64,000 nucleotides of DNA from positions 1-64,000 of the IMG/VR virus record IMGVR_UViG_3300027782_000027; one strand, given 5' to 3'. The stretch's first letter is position 1, and each line of letters opens with the position of its first letter. Below the pieces are notes generated by a model that did not search any database, was not told the DNA's origin, and saw only the letters and a program-made list of their open reading frames with translations. Below, piece by piece: positions 26,656-36,258 of the stretch. Position numbers and translations under genes: made by a program.

Positions 26656-27081
26656 TTAGTTTACTGACACAACTTCTAAATCAAAGATAAGTTTCTTACC
26701 TGCTAATGGATGGTTCATATCCAATACCGCAGTACTTTCTTTAACTTCTGTAACTACAACGTTTACAGGACCAAATTGGTTTTGTCCTTGTAACATATCC
26801 CCAGCTTTAACACCTTCAGGGACTTGAGATAGTGGTACTTCACTCATCATTTGAGGTTTAATATCTCCGTAAGCATTTTCTGGCTCAATTTCAATTGTTT
26901 TCATTTCGCCTGCGGTCATATCAATTAATCCGTTTTCAAAACCTGGAATTAATTGACCTTGACCTAATGTTACTGTAAGAGGTTCTCTACCCTCAGCTAA
27001 AGATGTGTCGAATACTGAACCATCTTCTAATTTACCTGTATAATGAACAGATACATTATCACCGTTTTTAATTTTTGTCAT
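26656..27081 (-). CDS. FKBP-type peptidyl-prolyl isomerase (SlyD/FkpB-like)
   Basis: VSVHYTGKLEDGSVFD, LIPGFE, PENAYG, DMNHPLAGKKLIF. Confidence 0.93.
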   Translation of the reverse strand: MTKIKNGDNVSVHYTGKLEDGSVFDTSLAEGREPLTVTLGQGQLIPGFENGLIDMTAGEMKTIEIEPENAYGDIKPQMMSEVPLSQVPEGVKAGDMLQGQNQFGPVNVVVTEVKESTAVLDMNHPLAGKKLIFDLEVVSVN

Positions 27082-27190
27082 ATTTCAATATTAAATGAAA
27101 AAAAATCACTTTCAAAGTGAAAAATCAAAATTTCTTAATATTTATTACATATTAATGTGATTAATACTTAAAATAAAAAAAATATAAAAA

Positions 27191-27607
27191 ATGAAAAAAA
27201 TTGTAAGATTATCAGAATCAGAATTAACTAACTTAATTAAAACAGTAGTTAAAGAAACAAAAAGAAATAAAAGAAATGGTGTTAACGAAGAGCTTCAAAA
27301 CTACTTTAATCCTGAAGCTATGGAGACTGGTAGTGCAATTGTAACAATGGTTGGTACGGTTATAGGACTTTTAGGTATTGCTGGATGGGATTATCTTAAA
27401 GAACTTTATAGTGAATTAAGAAATACTAAAGGGAAACAAAAAGAAGCAATGGAACTTAAGTCTATTATCCAAGATTACGAAAGTAATAAAATGGATTCAG
27501 GTGAAGAAATGGATTCTGAAGTTGAAGTGGATAATATGGATATGGAAGATGAAGAACCAATGAATCCAATGGCTGAGAGTATCAGAAGACACATTAGAAG
27601 ACGTTAA
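27191..27607 (+). CDS. MKKIVRLSESEL-leader protein with one TM segment
   Basis: shared leader. Confidence 0.8.
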   Translation: MKKIVRLSESELTNLIKTVVKETKRNKRNGVNEELQNYFNPEAMETGSAIVTMVGTVIGLLGIAGWDYLKELYSELRNTKGKQKEAMELKSIIQDYESNKMDSGEEMDSEVEVDNMDMEDEEPMNPMAESIRRHIRRR

Positions 27608-27688
27608 TTTTTTAAAAAAAATAATGAAAAACTCCCAATCGGGAGTTTTTTTGTTTATATTTGTAGAACAATTAACACCAACACGACT

Positions 27689-27853
27689 ATGAAAAACTTA
27701 AAACTAAAATTGACTTCAGCAATGTTCGCTCTTGTATTATCAGTTGTATTAATGGTAAACTCACCATCATTACCTGTATTCGTTTTAAGTGTTGGTCTTA
27801 TTGTATTACAGACGGTTTTGTGGGGTAAGTTGATGAAAGAGATTAAAGAATAA
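27689..27853 (+). CDS. 54-aa two-TM protein (not in the ORF track)
   Basis: MKNLKLKLTSAMFALVLSVVLMV...; TATATTTG upstream. Confidence 0.6.
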   Translation: MKNLKLKLTSAMFALVLSVVLMVNSPSLPVFVLSVGLIVLQTVLWGKLMKEIKE

Positions 27854-27885
27854 AAAAATCCCCTTATTTGGAGGGGATTTGTAAT

Positions 27886-28710
27886 TTATACTGTTACTTC
27901 TTGTTGTAGTAGTTCGTAAGCTCTTGATAAACGAGTCATTCCTATTCCACCACCAAATCGTGGGAAGAAATCGTGTGATAAAAACTCTTCCAATTCTTTT
28001 TCTACTCTTTCTTTTCCGAATAATTCAAAAAGTTTTTCAGAGTATTTTCCATTTTCTATTGTGTAGAAGTTATTTCTCATTTCTTCTACGTTAGAACTTC
28101 TTTCAGCAGAACCGATAGTCTCTTGTCCGTAAAGAATTACATCAACTTTGTTGAATATTTTGTTTTTACCTTCTCTCATGTTCCAAAAAGGATTTGTTCT
28201 GTAAGGAAAGTTTTGTAGAGACACTACTGGTCCTTTTTCTTCCCACATTTTTGTCTCGTGTTCGTTCTCTAAAATGGATACTCCACCATATTCTTCACAA
28301 ACATCGTCGTAGTTAACTTCTACCTCACTATCAAATCCAAGATAGTCTAAAAGTTCTGATTCAAGTTTTAACATTTCTTTCATTCCACCTTTTGATTCAA
28401 ACTCAAACATTGGAAAAATCATTTCATGACGACCTGGGATTGGGTCTTTTTCTTGTCTATACGACGTTGAAATACAATATACACCATTCCATTCAGGATT
28501 TTTAAGAAGTTCGTATTCTAACCACATTTGACCTGTCTGTGGTAGTGGCCACACTTCTCCTTGATAATTAAATGTTGTTATTGAGTGTGGATTTTCACAC
28601 GCTGCCAAGATTGACAATCTTGATTGGGTTGGAACTTCTTTAAAACCTTTGTTTTGGAAGAATGTTCTCATTTTTTGAACTAACTCGTTGTAAGTTTCTG
28701 TGTTTTTCAT
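27886..28710 (-). CDS. class IIb aminoacyl-tRNA synthetase-like catalytic domain without anticodon domain (AsnRS-like; possible archaeal-type asparagine synthetase)
   Basis: motif 1 FFQNKGFKEVPT, motif 2 SYRQE...RH..IF.MFEFE, motif 3 FGGGIGMTRL; only 274 aa. Confidence 0.8.
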   Translation of the reverse strand: MKNTETYNELVQKMRTFFQNKGFKEVPTQSRLSILAACENPHSITTFNYQGEVWPLPQTGQMWLEYELLKNPEWNGVYCISTSYRQEKDPIPGRHEMIFPMFEFESKGGMKEMLKLESELLDYLGFDSEVEVNYDDVCEEYGGVSILENEHETKMWEEKGPVVSLQNFPYRTNPFWNMREGKNKIFNKVDVILYGQETIGSAERSSNVEEMRNNFYTIENGKYSEKLFELFGKERVEKELEEFLSHDFFPRFGGGIGMTRLSRAYELLQQEVTV

Positions 28711-28745
28711 TTTTTTGTTTTTTTTGTTTTATTTATTAAAAGGGC

Positions 28746-28834
28746 AAAAAAAATCCTGACAAATGTCAGGATTTCTTAAAAATATTATTGTTATTTAAAT
28801 TTCGTAATTTTCTTTTAACTTTTTTTGTAGTCAT
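28746..28834 (-). promoter_or_regulatory. putative Asn-rich leader peptide with terminator (attenuator)
   Basis: uORF 28834-28766 MTTKKVKRKLRNLNNNNIFKKS; hairpin AAATCCTGAC-ATTT-GTCAGGATTT plus U tract. Confidence 0.55.
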
Positions 28835-28907
28835 TAAAATTAAATATATGCGTTTTATTAAAAATAATCAAGATTAACAAAATATTTATTAAAAAGTATT
28901 TATCAGT

Positions 28908-30695
28908 ATGAGGAATTTATTGACTGAAGTTAGTAAGATGAAAAACATGATGGGTTTACAAGAGGCAGATAAGCCAAAATATAACCCTGAAGTAAAATAT
29001 CTTGTTTCAGTTTTAAAAGATAATAAAGTGTATAGTGCTCAAATCCAAAAATTCATTAATAGGATTAATGAATTTTCAAAAGACGGTTTAGTTGATTTTG
29101 GATTAATTACCCGAGGTATTTTAAAAACTTTAAAGTTAAAAGGTAACAAAGATATTAATGTTTTTGAATTTTTCAAACAACTAACTAAATCATTAGAAAA
29201 AAGAAAAAATAAAAAAGAAGTTGTTAATCCTGAAGAAGAACCATCAATTTTAGATAAAGACATTTATAAAAAAGAAATATTTTTTCTACAGGTTGAACTT
29301 TTAAAGTTACAGGAATGGTTAAAACAAACAGGTAAAACTGTTATAATTGTTTTTGAAGGAAGAGACTCGGCAGGTAAAGGTTCTACAATTAAGAAATTCA
29401 CTGAAAATTTAAATCCAAGATATTATAAAGTTATTGCTCTTGGTATCCCAACACCTGATGAAAGAAAGAACTGGTGGGATAGATACAGTAATCAAATTGA
29501 AAAAGGTAAGATAAACTTCTTTGATAGAAGTTGGTACAATAGAGGATTAGTTGAACCTGTAATGGGTTATGGTTCATCAGAAGAGTACGAAGACTTTATG
29601 GATAATGTTCAGGATTTTGAAGAATCATTGGTTGTTGATGGGGATTACTTATTTAAACTTTGGTTCTCAATAGATAAAGAAACTCAAGCTAAGAGATTTG
29701 ATTTCAGACAGAAGTCACCATTGAAATATTGGAAGTATTCTGAGAATGATGAGAAGATGCAAGATGTGTGGGAAAAGTTTACAGAGTATAAACAAAAACT
29801 TTTTGATAAAACATCAACCGTAAACCATCCGTGGGTTATTTTGGACGCTAACGATAAAAAGATTTCAGGTTTAAACTCAATTAGATACGTTTTACAAAAT
29901 ATTCCTTATACAAATAAGGATGAGGATGTTTTAAACAAAGACTTCCCTGAAGCGATGACGGTTTTAAAACCAAATATTAATGAGCAATCAGTTTTTGATT
30001 TCTATAACCAATTAACGGGTAAATCACAACAAAAACAAGAACCAAATTTTATGGATACATGGTCATCTATGGGACAACCAAAAGACCAAATGACACCAAA
30101 TTCAGGAGGTGCTGTTGATGCAGTTAAAGCTGGTGCTAAAAAAATTGCAAAAATTGCAAAAGAAAAGTCATCAAATTCAAATACAGTTGGGGTCGGAACA
30201 GTTTCAGATAAACTTGTAAATTTTGTAGCGAATATTGAGTTTTTTGTTAAGTGTGTTTATGACGACGCTAAAGGTGGTAAATGTGTGAGAAAAGAACCTG
30301 ATTGTTGTTTAAGAGGAAAATCCCCAACTCCCGGAGCAAAGGCAACAATAGGTTATGGTACAACGTATTATCCTGGTGGAATACCTGTTAAACCTAATGA
30401 CCCTGACATTACTGAAACAAGAGCAAAAGAATTAATGAGAAATACATTAAACAAAAATGCAAAAAAAATACTTAATTTATACCCAAACTTAAATCAACAA
30501 CAATTAGATGCGATGGCTTCATTATGTTACCAAATGGGACCTGATGGTTGTACAACAGAAGCTCCAAATTTATCAGCAGCCTTAAAAAGTAATCCAAATA
30601 ATTTACAAAATGTTGGACAACATTTTGTTGATTTCCCATTCAAAGACAGAAGAGAAAAAGAGTGGAAAATTTATAGTCAAGGAATTTATTCTTAA
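28908..30695 (+). CDS. ppk2: polyphosphate kinase 2 fused to a C-terminal GH24 lysozyme-like domain
   Basis: FEGRDSAGKG and FDRSWYNR (PPK2); E...VYDD, TIGYG, LNQQQLDAMASL.Y..G, RR.KE (phage lysozyme). Confidence 0.85.
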   Translation: MRNLLTEVSKMKNMMGLQEADKPKYNPEVKYLVSVLKDNKVYSAQIQKFINRINEFSKDGLVDFGLITRGILKTLKLKGNKDINVFEFFKQLTKSLEKRKNKKEVVNPEEEPSILDKDIYKKEIFFLQVELLKLQEWLKQTGKTVIIVFEGRDSAGKGSTIKKFTENLNPRYYKVIALGIPTPDERKNWWDRYSNQIEKGKINFFDRSWYNRGLVEPVMGYGSSEEYEDFMDNVQDFEESLVVDGDYLFKLWFSIDKETQAKRFDFRQKSPLKYWKYSENDEKMQDVWEKFTEYKQKLFDKTSTVNHPWVILDANDKKISGLNSIRYVLQNIPYTNKDEDVLNKDFPEAMTVLKPNINEQSVFDFYNQLTGKSQQKQEPNFMDTWSSMGQPKDQMTPNSGGAVDAVKAGAKKIAKIAKEKSSNSNTVGVGTVSDKLVNFVANIEFFVKCVYDDAKGGKCVRKEPDCCLRGKSPTPGAKATIGYGTTYYPGGIPVKPNDPDITETRAKELMRNTLNKNAKKILNLYPNLNQQQLDAMASLCYQMGPDGCTTEAPNLSAALKSNPNNLQNVGQHFVDFPFKDRREKEWKIYSQGIYS

Positions 30696-30713
30696 CCCTT
30701 ATATTTATAGAAT

Positions 30714-31031
30714 ATGAAAAAGTTTATTATCACAGAAAACCAATTAGAATTTATCGTTAAAAGATATATTAACGAAGATGCAAGATACGTAATGTCTTTT
30801 GACGAATTTATGAAACATAAAAACAAAGACCAACAATATAAATGTGGTTATGAAAACTTATGTTTTATCATTCATGATGGAAATCACCAAATTGACTTGG
30901 ATGAAAAATTCCATGAAACACACAAAATTCCTAATGGAGTTGGTGGAACAATTTACCACGATGGTAATAATACTTATTTCTGTCCTGACTTTGGTGATGA
31001 TAGACCACAAAGAACTATTCAGGTTTATTAA
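30714..31031 (+). CDS. MKKFIITENQL-leader protein
   Basis: variant leader. Confidence 0.75.
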   Translation: MKKFIITENQLEFIVKRYINEDARYVMSFDEFMKHKNKDQQYKCGYENLCFIIHDGNHQIDLDEKFHETHKIPNGVGGTIYHDGNNTYFCPDFGDDRPQRTIQVY

Positions 31032-31726
31032 AATTCAAATTGGTGTTTATATTCGTAACCTGTTGAAGATTCTTCAACATTCATACGAAAATCTAATTCT
31101 ATAATTTGGTTTTCATTATCAATTGTGAACGTTCCCTCAGAACCTTCATTTATTTCCCATCCACCATGATTTTGTTCCAAAATGTTGTATAACTTACTTT
31201 CCCAAACCGCTGTAAATTCATAATGTTTGTCATCAGTATCATTGATTAGACCAACGTCATCAATATAACCTGAATCACCACCACCGCTAAAATTAACTCT
31301 AATTTTAAGTTTACCATCTTCTTTCCACTGAACCATATCCTCAAGTAATTCCTTTTCGTCAATTTCAAACTCTTGGTAATACGATTCATAACCCATAGTT
31401 TGAATATTTTCTTCAATTATTAAAGTTTTGTCTGTTGTTGAATACTCACATGACACCGTTGCTCTAGAATCACCATCACCTTCTAATGAATCTAAAACTT
31501 CATCTTTAATAGAATCAAAAAAATTATCTAAAAAATCAAATAATTTATTAGGTATAATATCATAAGCACCACCTTTATTAGTCCAAGGTGAAAAGTGATA
31601 ATCAACATTTCCATCATAATCAACATAAAAGTCATTACTCATACGAGTAACACCATTACTTAATAGGATATAATGTAAAAGTTTAAAATTTTTTATAGTT
31701 TCAGGGTTATTTAATAATTCTTCCAT
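31028..31726 (-). CDS. acidic hypothetical protein (DUF6878-like by recall)
   Basis: FSGGGDSGYI and GWEINEGSEG motifs. Confidence 0.6.
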   Translation of the reverse strand: MEELLNNPETIKNFKLLHYILLSNGVTRMSNDFYVDYDGNVDYHFSPWTNKGGAYDIIPNKLFDFLDNFFDSIKDEVLDSLEGDGDSRATVSCEYSTTDKTLIIEENIQTMGYESYYQEFEIDEKELLEDMVQWKEDGKLKIRVNFSGGGDSGYIDDVGLINDTDDKHYEFTAVWESKLYNILEQNHGGWEINEGSEGTFTIDNENQIIELDFRMNVEESSTGYEYKHQFEF

Positions 31727-31737
31727 AACAATAAATA

Positions 31738-32091
31738 TCAATCATTAATTTCTAACTTCATCGTTTTAATCATCCATAAAGGTCTTTGTTTATTTTCTAA
31801 TGCTAACACCCATTCTTTTCCAGACGGAATATATCCGTTACAATCTTCCATTACATGTTGTTCACCGACATAACGGGTATATACAGTTTTTCCATCACTA
31901 TTTTTGAATTCAGGACCAAACTTTTGTTCCATTTCAAAGATACCCTCTGAATGATGTCTCCATATTCTGTGTAATGAATGTCCATACCATGATTTCGTAT
32001 TATCAAACCATTCATGAATTTCAATATAATCTTCCCATTTTCCTCCGAATTTTTTTGCTGAGGATTTAGCGTGTACGATTGGATGTGGCAT
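31738..32091 (-). CDS. His-rich hypothetical protein (DUF6915-like by recall)
   Basis: HP..HAKSSAKKFGG..EDY..IH.WFD, HR..RHHSEGIF, EQHV.ED. Confidence 0.65.
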   Translation of the reverse strand: MPHPIVHAKSSAKKFGGKWEDYIEIHEWFDNTKSWYGHSLHRIWRHHSEGIFEMEQKFGPEFKNSDGKTVYTRYVGEQHVMEDCNGYIPSGKEWVLALENKQRPLWMIKTMKLEIND

Positions 32092-32094
32092 AAT

Positions 32095-32364
32095 TTAGTG
32101 TTCTATAGATGTTGTTAATATATAATCCTCAGGAAGTGAAAGACTTTTGATAGTATGTAGGATAAGAATTTCCAGGCCTTCCGGAAAAAGTTCAATAGCA
32201 TATTCATAATTTGATGGGTATAATTTTACTGATAAAATGTTTTTTTTCTGACTAATTGAATGAGAAAATTCCGTAACTTTGATTTCAGAATTTTCACCAA
32301 ACCATTGGTCGATGTCTTGTTTGTTTGTTTTATTTAAGACTTTTTCAAAAAAACTCTTTTTCAT
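32095..32364 (-). CDS. hypothetical protein
   Basis: 89-aa ORF. Confidence 0.65.
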   Translation of the reverse strand: MKKSFFEKVLNKTNKQDIDQWFGENSEIKVTEFSHSISQKKNILSVKLYPSNYEYAIELFPEGLEILILHTIKSLSLPEDYILTTSIEH

Positions 32365-32405
32365 AATTATATATACAAAAGAAATATAAGATATTTATTG
32401 TTAAT

Positions 32406-32789
32406 ATGAAAGTAAATTTATATGATAAATCTAGTGGACTTAGTTCTGAGCAGATAAATGTTATTCAGGACTTCTTGAGATTTTGTCAAAAAAACTCTCC
32501 ACTTAAGAAAGACGTTGACATCCAACTTCTTGGTGAACGTTTTGGTAAGATGACTACAGGTAGTGAAATACTTGGTAGAATTAAAGTTCTTGCTGGTGGA
32601 AGAATGTTAATTGACATTTTAAGAACTATTGCTCACGAGTGGGTTCATGAGTTTGCTCGTCAAAGAAATATCAAATTGCAAGGGTTTAACACCGTTTCTC
32701 AAGAAAACTTTGCAAATTCTGAAGCAGGGATTATGATACGTATGTATGAAAAAAGTAATCCACAATTAACTGCGTTGTTGTATAATTAA
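32406..32789 (+). CDS. putative zincin metallopeptidase-like protein
   Basis: LRTIAHEWVH (HExxH) plus E..AN. Confidence 0.7.
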   Translation: MKVNLYDKSSGLSSEQINVIQDFLRFCQKNSPLKKDVDIQLLGERFGKMTTGSEILGRIKVLAGGRMLIDILRTIAHEWVHEFARQRNIKLQGFNTVSQENFANSEAGIMIRMYEKSNPQLTALLYN

Positions 32790-32812
32790 GAAAGATTATG
32801 TATATTTGTCCT

Positions 32813-33019
32813 ATGGATAGGGACTTTCAATGGATACGTAAGGTAATTGGTTCGATTACCCACTTTGGACAAATTCAATCTGCCGAAAATTTGATTGATT
32901 TATATGTTAAAAAGTATGAAGAATCTGAAGAATTAACACAATATTCTTTGGACTTTGAATGTAGTATTGTTTCCTTAAAGAAAAATTTAATTGGTAAAAA
33001 AGCAATTCTTGAACTATGA
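32813..33019 (+). CDS. hypothetical protein
   Basis: TATATTTG upstream; overlaps the start of the next gene. Confidence 0.65.
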   Translation: MDRDFQWIRKVIGSITHFGQIQSAENLIDLYVKKYEESEELTQYSLDFECSIVSLKKNLIGKKAILEL

Positions 33020-33612
33020 AAGAAAAAATAAGTGATTTTATTTGGAAATATTTTAGAAATCCCGTTAGAAACTTTTCTACATCTGTTGGTAATCTAATCA
33101 AGTGGTTTCCTGTGATTTGGAAAGACAGAGATTGGGATGACCATTATATTTTTGAGGTATTCAAGTTCAAGTTAGAGAAACAGGCTAAGTACATTAAAGA
33201 AAAAGGATTTCACACTAATTCAGACCTTGATTCTAAACGAATGATGTTGTGTGTCAAATTGATGGAAAAAGTTCAGGAAGAGTTTTATACAATGGAATAT
33301 ATGGACTATGAGGACAAAGATTTTTTCTTTGTTCCGACAGGTGATGATATTGAAGATGTATTGGGTGGTTATTATATGGAGACACGTTTGAAAAAAGAAA
33401 ACTTAAATGACTTTTTCAAAAAATATCCATTGGTATATAAGAAAATTGTTACCGATAAAAAGTATCATATTTTTAAAATGGACAACGAGGACTTAACTTC
33501 ATACGAGGTTAAATCAAGAATCGCTTTGAATATCGGAAGATACAATCACGAAAGGGCAAGAAAGTTACTTTTCAAAATCTTGAGTGAGAATATTGAACGT
33601 TGGTGGAATTAA
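33016..33612 (+). CDS. conserved phage hypothetical protein
   Basis: WFPVIWKDRDWD...WW motif typical of large phages. Confidence 0.75.
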   Translation: MKEKISDFIWKYFRNPVRNFSTSVGNLIKWFPVIWKDRDWDDHYIFEVFKFKLEKQAKYIKEKGFHTNSDLDSKRMMLCVKLMEKVQEEFYTMEYMDYEDKDFFFVPTGDDIEDVLGGYYMETRLKKENLNDFFKKYPLVYKKIVTDKKYHIFKMDNEDLTSYEVKSRIALNIGRYNHERARKLLFKILSENIERWWN

Positions 33613-33923
33613 CCGTTAATCTCTTCTTCAGTAGTTTCTGTAACTTCTTCTACCGTAGGTTCCTCTGTCTTATCTTTTGATTTTCTATAACCTAAAAGAG
33701 TTGCTCCAATACCAACAAGGACTACTGATTGTGTAATAACGTCAATATCCTTGTTTAAAAACATTTTATCCACACAACCCATGAAGAATGTCAAACCTCC
33801 AATAAAGACGATGTAAAGACCCGCCGTTCCACTTCCTGATGTCTTCCCTGAACTATTGGAAGTCATCTCTGCGAATGAAAACTGTTTGATGTTTCCGATT
33901 TGTTTTTTAATATATTCTTTCAT
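33609..33923 (-). CDS. two-TM membrane protein
   Basis: hydrophobic segments and acidic tail. Confidence 0.7.
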   Translation of the reverse strand: MKEYIKKQIGNIKQFSFAEMTSNSSGKTSGSGTAGLYIVFIGGLTFFMGCVDKMFLNKDIDVITQSVVLVGIGATLLGYRKSKDKTEEPTVEEVTETTEEEING

Positions 33924-33926
33924 CTT

Positions 33927-34058
33927 TTACCTCCCTTGACCTTTATAAGGTTTTTTGTAATTCTTACTTGTTTTATTGGATGTAAACTTCTTTGAAGATT
34001 TACCTGATTTCTTAACTCCGAATGATAACTTCGTTGAACCTGTTGATTTAGCTGCCAT
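33927..34058 (-). CDS. 43-aa basic peptide ending YKGQGR (not in the ORF track)
   Basis: MAAKSTGSTKLSFGVKKSGKSSKKFTSNKTSKNYKKPYKGQGR. Confidence 0.65.
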   Translation of the reverse strand: MAAKSTGSTKLSFGVKKSGKSSKKFTSNKTSKNYKKPYKGQGR

Positions 34059-34129
34059 TATTTCATTTATTTAGCAATAAGTATATACGTTTTTTAAAAT
34101 GACATATATTTATTAATAAAAATTATATT

Positions 34130-34825
34130 ATGAAAAAACTATTTGAAATTTCTTCGGAAGAAAAACAAAGAATATTGGAAATGCATGAAAGTGCCACCAA
34201 GAGAAATTATTTAAGTGAACTAGACACAACACAAGCAACTACTAAACCAGTTAAAACAACACAAATTATACCAGGTGCGGAATCAGTTGAATCTTTTATT
34301 ATACCAAGAGATTTTTGTAAAGTTCAATATGGGATTGATTTACAAAAAATTATTGATGAATATAGACAAGGTATCACTCAAGGATATTTGATTGGTAAAG
34401 ATAAACCATATTTATGGTCTGTTGAACAAGATGATTCCAAATTCGTACAATTTCAGATTAACGAATTATTTAAAACAGGTAATTTGGACCGAGTACAAAC
34501 GGTGACTTATTACAAAGATTCAAAATCATGGGGACAACAATATTTACGTCCAGATTCCGAAAAAGTTAATAACGATAAAGTTACTGACGAATATTGGAAA
34601 CCTACATTTTTTTGGAGAGGAATAGTTAACGATTTATCTCAAATAACGAATTCTTTAGTGTTAACTAGATTTCTTCAGGCTAGTAAACAAATGAATCAAC
34701 CATATAATTTAAAAGATATGATAAATAAAAAATCGCAATTGTATGTAAATCCTGAAAGTGATATTAGTCAACAAACAATAGACAATATAAAATCATCTTT
34801 AGTATATAAGACTCTTGCAACTTAA
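34130..34825 (+). CDS. hypothetical protein with ISSEEKQRILEMH leader
   Basis: shared leader type. Confidence 0.75.
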   Translation: MKKLFEISSEEKQRILEMHESATKRNYLSELDTTQATTKPVKTTQIIPGAESVESFIIPRDFCKVQYGIDLQKIIDEYRQGITQGYLIGKDKPYLWSVEQDDSKFVQFQINELFKTGNLDRVQTVTYYKDSKSWGQQYLRPDSEKVNNDKVTDEYWKPTFFWRGIVNDLSQITNSLVLTRFLQASKQMNQPYNLKDMINKKSQLYVNPESDISQQTIDNIKSSLVYKTLAT

Positions 34826-34831
34826 TTATTT

Positions 34832-35338
34832 TTATTGTAAAATTGAGTATGTGAGGGTATCTACAAAAAATACAAATCCTGATTGAGTTTCTAATAACAC
34901 TATTGTATTATATTGATTATCATTTAGGGTCTCAACAATTTGAATTGATTTATATTTACCACCATAAAGATTAATTTTTGAAAAACCAATTACTTTAAAA
35001 TTAAGTTCTGAAAGCATAGAATTTGTAAAAGTTTCATCACCTAAAAAAACAAGTGACTCTGAAAATACCCCCCAATCTACTGAAGGGGTATTTTTTGTTG
35101 GGGAAAAATCAAACTCGTATTTACTAAAATATTTGTTATGTTTTTTAACACTTCTTTCAAATGGTCCATCAGAGTAAATTGGTTCAGTCCCATTTCTTTG
35201 TGGAATTGGTACATATGGTATGTCTAAAGAATCTAAAACAAATTGTGACTCGTAGTTAGGAAAAAAATATTTTGATTCCTGAGCATTGGATACCAAACCA
35301 ACCATCACTAAAACAAGAGAAAGGAATAAGTTTTTCAT
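34832..35338 (-). CDS. secreted protein (signal peptide I)
   Basis: MKNLFLSLVLVMVGLVSNA|Q; Gln at +1 is typical of Bacteroidota. Confidence 0.75.
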   Translation of the reverse strand: MKNLFLSLVLVMVGLVSNAQESKYFFPNYESQFVLDSLDIPYVPIPQRNGTEPIYSDGPFERSVKKHNKYFSKYEFDFSPTKNTPSVDWGVFSESLVFLGDETFTNSMLSELNFKVIGFSKINLYGGKYKSIQIVETLNDNQYNTIVLLETQSGFVFFVDTLTYSILQ

Positions 35339-35421
35339 AGGACTTGATTATTTAATTATTTCTACAAATATACACAAAATATTCGTCTACACAAACATAT
35401 TTATAAATAAAATATTTTATT

Positions 35422-36246
35422 ATGGCAAAAATAGTTAGACTAACTGAAAATGATTTAGTTAAAATAATCAAAAAAGTTCTATCTGAACAAGAGACTCAAC
35501 CAACAACTCAACCTACTGGAACAACTCAAACTACGACACAAACTACAACTCAAAGTCCTGATTTATCTAATTTAGGTATAAAAACACTTAATGGTGGTGT
35601 TAAAGTCGTTGAGGTTCCTCAAAAACAAAGTCGTAATATAGAAGAAATTGCCAAACAAACTGGTGATAAAGTTTATGGTGTGGGTAAATATGAGATAATG
35701 AGTGACGTGGGTGGAAATTATCCAGGAATGCTTGTAGTTAAAAAAGAGGCGTATCAAAAATTATTATCAGACAAAGGTATTACTGTTGTGGAAGGGGAAC
35801 ATTGTTCTGAACCAAAATGGACAGGTAAAAAAGATAAAAATAATCCTACCGGTTGGGTATACACATTTAAGGCAGGTAATGATTCTTCTAATTACGTTGT
35901 TAAACCATTACCATGGAATTTATTTAATAAAATACTTAATGAAAGAGGAACACCAGGATGTCCTGACGATAGAGTGAATAGGCACATTCATCCTAAAGTT
36001 AAAGGGGATTATTCAGGAGGTAATTTTATGGACTCTGATTACAGTCAAGCCTCAAAGAATTTCTTTGATAACCCGAATTCAAATCAAGCTATGAATGCTT
36101 TTTGTAGTGGTTTAAAGCCTACAAGTTTTTATCGTATAAATGGTTTTCCAGGTGTATCGGCAAAATGTCCTGTATTTGTTGATGGTAACGAAGATATGGA
36201 ACGGGCATTTTCTACAAATGATTATATAAGGATTCAAACTATCTAA
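35422..36246 (+). CDS. MAKIVRLTENDL-leader protein with T/Q-rich linker
   Basis: shared leader. Confidence 0.8.
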   Translation: MAKIVRLTENDLVKIIKKVLSEQETQPTTQPTGTTQTTTQTTTQSPDLSNLGIKTLNGGVKVVEVPQKQSRNIEEIAKQTGDKVYGVGKYEIMSDVGGNYPGMLVVKKEAYQKLLSDKGITVVEGEHCSEPKWTGKKDKNNPTGWVYTFKAGNDSSNYVVKPLPWNLFNKILNERGTPGCPDDRVNRHIHPKVKGDYSGGNFMDSDYSQASKNFFDNPNSNQAMNAFCSGLKPTSFYRINGFPGVSAKCPVFVDGNEDMERAFSTNDYIRIQTI

Positions 36247-36258
36247 TTAAAAAACCCT

